Assembly (NCBI GenBank): GCA_964016885.1
Contig: OZ024740.1
Coordinates: forward strand, 156,736,001-156,800,000
DNA: 64,000 bases
Direction of reading: 5' to 3'
From: Eledone cirrhosa
Lineage: Eukaryota
A model generated the notes under the pieces. The model was not told the DNA's origin, did no database searches, and worked only from the letters and a program-made list of their open reading frames with translations. Both the position numbers and the translations under genes were made by a program. Positions 57,800-64,000 of the stretch are shown here, piece by piece (position 1 is the first letter of the stretch; every line of letters begins with the position of its first letter).

Positions 57800-58492
57800 A
57801 TATATATATACATATATATGAAAACCACTACTACTTGTAGTAATGATATACTTCTGAAGAAGATATTTCTACTCATATGTCTTTACATATCATTTAATAT
57901 ATTTATTCTTTCTTTTTTTTTTTTGCTCTTGGATTCGTCCCAGTTAAGATAAATGTCTTTAACGGCGAATGTACTTGTTTCTTGTTTACAGCAGCTTCCC
58001 AAGATAAGTGTTTCCTGGCATACACAGAGAGCTAACTGATAGGCTATTACAGATGTTTTAATCGACGCAGTCCAAATGCTAGTAGCTGAAAGTCACCATT
58101 GTTGTCTTGACAACAGTTAACTGTCATTTCTACTTATATTCCTAACTCTTACATCATTTCTTTACTATCATTCTATTCCTTCCATGTACCACCGCTACCA
58201 CCCACCACCACCCAGCACCGCCATCCACCACCACCACATCTCTACATACACAGCCAACTCCTTCTTCTATTTAGCACCACCGTACCGTACAAATACTCTT
58301 GTCTTCTCTTCACAACTTCCATCTCCACTGCACCTTTACCACCCATCAATACTAACCGTTGTCGATTTATTCACACGCCACACTTCATTCCATTTAGTTC
58401 TCCATTCTACTTGCTCAATACCCTGCAAGAAAAACAGACAACAATGTATCTGTATACGTTAAATGCGAGCCAAATTCCCCCACACACACACG

Positions 58493-58596
<104 letters not shown>

Positions 58597-58637
58597 CACA
58601 CACACACATGCAATATCTCTCTCTCTCTTTCTCTGTA

Positions 58638-58687
<50 letters not shown>

Positions 58688-58874
58688 TGTGTACATTGAC
58701 GTGTGTATGTATATACACACATCCTCATACATACGCATATCATATATATATATATCGGTATGTGTTAGTTTGTCACCGACACTTTAGTTGCATAACGGTT
58801 ATCACTGAAATATACATAACAGCGATTATAAATAAACGAATTGAATTATAATTCGTTGACTTGTACTTCACGAT

Positions 58875-58938
<64 letters not shown>

Positions 58939-58943
<5 letters not shown>

Positions 58944-59287
58944 CGTATCTCCAAAGAAATACGGTTTTAGGAAGCCGTAGCTATGCAAACACCGGGGGGC
59001 TAACGCCCTCTGGTGATGTCTAGCAGAAGCAACGGGGACAACCATCTATGCATTTCAGGCTTAACTGGCCATCGTCAGGACGGTCCCACCCACCGCTTGC
59101 GACTGCTGGACTAGAAGACAGGCGAGAATATATAGTTTTCTCGTCTGTGTAAATCTGCTGGACATCACCAGAGGGCGTTAGCCCCCCGGTGTTTGCATAG
59201 CTACGGCTTCCTAAAACCGTATTTCTTTGGAGATGCGAAATATTTATACATATTGTATAAAGCTATGCTTGAAGCGAAATCCTATTT

Positions 59288-59290
<3 letters not shown>
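58939..59290. mobile_element. Fold-back non-coding HHR element (family E)
   Basis: Arms 58939-59027 and 59155-59243, HHR in the spacer, (TA)n flanks. Confidence 0.85.
59041..59084 (-). ncRNA. Type I hammerhead ribozyme motif
   Basis: Minus strand: ACCGTC-CTGACGA-T-GGC/GCC-T-GAAA-TGCA-TA-GATGGT. Confidence 0.85.
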
Positions 59291-59325
<35 letters not shown>

Positions 59326-60239
59326 GAGGAGGCGAGTCTACGGTGGCTGCATGCACCTATTATCCTCGGGCCCGCGGCAGAACATTTGAAACGGAATATT
59401 TGTTCTCCTAGATTTTGTACTAATTCACATATCCCACTTATTACACGCGTACTCATTTTGATTTTAAAAAAACCCACCTTATCAACGGTATTGCAGATTA
59501 GTAATATAACTAGTAAGAATCACCCCATTTCAACCCACGTTTGGACCGCTCCATCTCTCGTCCAGGATGTAATGGATCTTTTGATTTCTTACGTTAGAGA
59601 CACTTGTTTTAAATTATGTGATATATACAGGGATTACACAACCGAACAGTGGCTTCTTTCGGTTGGCCCGTCTGTCGAGAGCACACATCGGAGGATGAGA
59701 AAGAGGGTAGGATTATAGTACCTCTAGAGAGTTTAAGAGGTGGAAATCGTTATTTAACGCAGTCATGCATCAGAGGGTTCCTTTTTGAAATTCACAAAGA
59801 CGTATTTGGCATATGCCGGCAAGCCGTATATATCTCACACATTAGAATATAACGTAGAGTAATGTACAACTCTCTGCAATAGAGGTCTCTCGACTCAGAT
59901 TAGTTCTGAAATGCAGTTTTCAGATGTCACCCTTGCTGATTTTCTAATGTCGAATGAAAATGCTGTGACGTTCTCCATATTCAGTCACTCCGCTCCCTTA
60001 CTGCCTTTTTTCTGGGTAAGGTATTTCCAAATTTTTCACATTGGCGAAGCATTATAAAAATAAAAAAATCATAATACCTTAACATTTTTTTGACAATAGA
60101 AAATTAACAAAATTATTACATAAACAATTAAATATTCTATTCTACACACAGAGTTGACAAATATACACAGGGTTTCGAATTACAAATATACGATTTAACC
60201 AACCCTTCGTAACAATTGATTAGATATGATTTAATTTCG

Positions 60240-60316
60240 CAGATTATCTGTGACACAGATTATCTGTGACACAGATTATCTGTGTCAGATTACCACGGAC
60301 ACAGATTATCTGTGAC
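60240..60316. repeat. Tandem 16-mer CAGATTATCTGTGACA (about 4 units)
   Basis: Direct inspection. The array forms the near-palindrome CACAGAT-T-ATCTGTG. Confidence 0.85.
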
Positions 60317-62073
60317 CCACTAAAGTGCTGTGATACAGAGTTTGAAAAACTCGGCTGTAGGTATTTGCTCTTTTTGGCTGCAAAACTTAATATTTGGCAA
60401 ATATATGTTGGCTCATTTTGTTCTACATTTTGTTGTAATATTTTTCCGTTGATCCTTCTATACATATTATTCGTGGAGCTGAAGCTTACCTTTATTGTGT
60501 TTCTGTCGAAAAGCCTGTAAAATTTATATTATACAAAGAATGCTTTCGGGAGAAGAAACATTTTGCGCATTGAATTACACTATATAACATTTCCTATCCT
60601 ATAAATTTTAGTGCGATTGTTCGATTGTGTTACCAAGTACTTTATTCTTTCTTAGTATCGGCTACTTGATTGTACTGAGCGGGCCTGTTAATGTGGCTTT
60701 GTATCCTCTTTCTGATGAGTATTTGTGCATGCTCGATGAATGTCGGTGAGTGGTTCGATTGGGTGTGGTTATAGAACAGCGTGTTGCCGGAGTGTGTGGA
60801 GGATACGTACTATTTAGAGTTTAGTTTTGCATGACAGCCAAAATCATTACTTTTATAAGTTTCGCTTCAAATATCACCCACAGGTTAGGTCTATTGAATG
60901 TTGTAACTATGTTTTAGAAAGAATGACAGTTGTGACTTATTTCGTCAACTCGGCTCAGAGCCGCACTAATGTTATTAATATTGTTTTCAATTTATTAAGC
61001 AGGATAAGGTGTACCAGCTTTCGTAATTTGACACAGTCATAACTACGCTTGGGGGAAATCAAAATTGCGATTATACTCCACTCACTAATATGTCAACATG
61101 TTGACATATACATACATTCTTCCTCGAGAATTACAATTAGGAGGCGACTTACATCGCCTTGGAGCATTTCTTTCTTCTCCTCCAAGCGACTGATTTCTAT
61201 GTTCGAATGTACGAAACCGAGGTTCGACTTTGTAATTACTTAAATATTTTATTTGCGTGAGTACATTTATTATTTGTTGTTGTGTATATATATATGTGTG
61301 TGTAGCGAAACCTGTCCACACCTCGAACCCTGGATGACCATAACACTAGTTTTGTTTCTCTATAAGAAAAAGATATGTTTGGTATATCGTTTAAATTTGT
61401 AAAACAAATATGTTCTGTGTTTAATTTTCACTGAGCTTTTTTTGTTGATAGATAGATAGATAGATATTTATGCCTGAGTCGCTCCGCACGTATCAATGTG
61501 TGTGCGTGTATGTAAACGTGCGTGGGTTCCCACTCAGTTGGCAAAAATGAGGTATACCTGTAATTAAAACATACAGGTTACATATGTGTGGAATATTCAG
61601 CCATTTGCACGTCAAATTTACGAGCAGGTTGTTTTGTTGTGCGAACCACAGGAATATACGTCTTTGACATACACACACACACACACACATACACACACAC
61701 ACACACACTCACATACATATACCCATACACATACACTCACACACAGACACAAACACCTATATTGTACAACCCACACCAATATATATTCAAACACTCAGTT
61801 ATACGGGTATAATAACAAATATTCATGTTAAAACATTACCCATTCATTCATTTCTGTTTTCCCCGTATTTATCAGTATAATTTTGTTCTGCTCGAACCGT
61901 AATATTTTGTTATAATTAGGGGCTGTGTGTTAGCAACAGAAGCTTGGCTGCAGGTTAAATTTTTGGCGAGTATAGATTCATACTCTCTTTCTCTCTCTGG
62001 TGCTTTCGTGGGCACACACACTTTCTCTCCTCCTTTCTAACCCTCCCTCTGTCTCTGTATCTCTATCTCATCT

Positions 62074-62156
<83 letters not shown>

Positions 62157-62498
62157 CTCACTCTCTCTACTTTCAATGTATCGTGAAAAATATATTAGAT
62201 AATGTAATTCTAGTTATATTACCCCTTTAAAATATAAAATAGGATGATTATGTCTGGAACTTCTTTAATGATGATAGGTTTGCGAAGTCAGGAATGACCT
62301 GGGGTTAAACAACAGTAACGGAATTTATTAAAATAGATGAGCGGCTCATATGAGATAATCCACAAATAATTGAGTTAGCTGACTCTGCTGAAGAGCGTTG
62401 GAGGTAGGTGTGAATGCACGGTCGTGGATGTATGTTTTAACTTACATTTCTTTCATATTTATGAATGTTATGTTGTTATTATTGTTGCTGATTATATG

Positions 62499-62529
<31 letters not shown>

Positions 62530-62709
62530 TTACTGCATTTATTGTCATTTAGCTCCGGTCCGAATTGATTGAAAAGCTGTAATTAAAAACCTTGTAGCAG
62601 AGATTAACTGAATTTACGCCTAGATGGGAAATAAATAATTTTCTATATAGATAATAAACACAACCACCGGGATATGGTCCGAACGTGGAGGAGCCGAACT
62701 CCCACTCTC

Positions 62710-62835
62710 ATCGCCTCCATCTCTCTCGCCCTCCCCATCTCTCTATATGGTGAGCAAATGGGGTCCAACGTACTGGCCTCCCCACAGCCCTGGCGGACAG
62801 AATGGAGAAGGTATTTTCCCGGAGGATGGTAAGGG
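62710..62835 (-). mobile_element. CRE-like 3' terminal fragment
   Basis: Homologous to 25845-25966. Confidence 0.7.
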
Positions 62836-63154
62836 AGATTTGAGTTTGTGGGATTCTGCTTGGGTTAGAACTTCCGATTCATTAAATTAATGTGTACATA
62901 GCTGAGTATTCCACAGTCACATATACCATGCAACGTAATTCTAATCAGCGTGATACAATATACGACAAGGTTTCACCTTTGAATTACTGGTACATTCCAC
63001 CTGAGAGACTACCACACATCCATCTAGCCAATATCGATCCATGGCTACGGTAAGGATATTGTCTAAGAGGCAGCGAGGTATGTTTGAACCGAGAACCTCA
63101 TGATTGTAAAGTAAATTTCTCACCCTATCAACCATATCCTAATATTACTCATTT

Positions 63155-63368
63155 TGGTTTGGCAGTATTGGTAGAGCGTCGGACATCCTGATTCGTAACG
63201 TAGAGTTACGGTCCTTTACTTTCTGAGTTCAAATCCCACCGAGGTTGACTTTGCCTTTCATCCTTACGGAGTCGAAAAAATAAAGCGCCATTAATGCACT
63301 GGATCGATTTAATCGACTGTCCCCTCCCCGAAAATTGCTGGCCTTGTGCCTAAAGTAGAAACAATTAT
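63155..63368 (+). mobile_element. SINE family 1, longer variant
   Basis: Consensus match. Confidence 0.85.
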
Positions 63369-63887
63369 TATTAATTTTGTATATCTTATACTACATCCTC
63401 AAATGCTTCTCTCTTTGTTTTAAGGAATATCTGGTTGCGATTTAGAGTAGGTTCAATGATTCCGTAGAAGCTCACTCACTGATGAGTTTCCTGTGTTATT
63501 GATGTTGTTTCTGCTATTGTTGTTTAGTCACAGTTCAGCATTTCTTGAACAGGCATGAGGAAAAGCATTCTAGCCGTGACAATCGCGTCACACTTTACTT
63601 TAAACATTCTATATTTAAGATTACATAATGTTTTCTTCCCTTTCCATCTTGATGTCTGATACGAGGGATATTTGGCTGCTATTAATATTTTTAACGGTTT
63701 TATAGGCCCTGCAGAAAACCTCGCATAAGCTAATTTGCTATATTTTTGTAAAACCCCAGTTTAGATTTTATCGATGAAATGCGACCTTCCCATATTCTTT
63801 ATAAGCATGACCATACTTATCTATTTTAAAATGACGTGATGTGATTGAGAGGAAAGATTTTGCTTCTGTTTTCAGCAAATTTAACAA

Positions 63888-64000
63888 CAGACCTGCCAAC
63901 CTTTAAAAACCCCAAAAGTGACCTAAAACGAGGAGAAATTAGGCAAAATGGGGAGATTTTATATTATGAAAGTTATAGCCATTTTCACAAGAGAAGCCTC
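63888..64000. mobile_element. Possible left end of a hAT-type non-autonomous element
   Basis: Starts CAGACCTGCCAAC, resembling hAT-type TIRs. The other end lies outside the window. Confidence 0.35.

Noticed and set aside
60710-63490. Isolated CTGATGA/CTGAAGA words at about 60711, 62388 and 63479
   Set aside because: No matching stem II-GAAA-stem III-stem I arrangement.

Overview
AT-rich, microsatellite-dense eukaryotic non-coding DNA. The SINE and repeat content suggests an octopus or other cephalopod genome, which is an inference. No host protein-coding gene could be supported, and most of the ORF track is translated (TA)n, (CA)n or (GAT)n. The window is made almost entirely of mobile DNA. 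It holds a decayed near full-length Tx1/L1-type LINE (348-5186), a 3'-truncated R4/Dong-type LINE (5208-~8170), CRE and RTE fragments, about 20 copies of one tRNA-derived SINE, a non-autonomous Helitron and a pogo/Tigger-type MITE. It also holds five coding remnants of Penelope-like elements (PLEs), one near full length. The most striking pattern is about 15 distinct type I hammerhead ribozyme (HHR) motifs, several with non-canonical cores (U3-A8, C4, A4, U10.1-U11.1). They sit in PLE termini and in small non-coding elements that show terminal redundancy (monomers of about 415, 521 and 684 nt), fold back head-to-head, end at family-specific positions and are strung together on (TA)n tracts. 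This looks like a community of PLE-mobilised retrozyme-like elements, possibly copied from circular RNA. All folds and alignments were made by eye and need computational and experimental confirmation.
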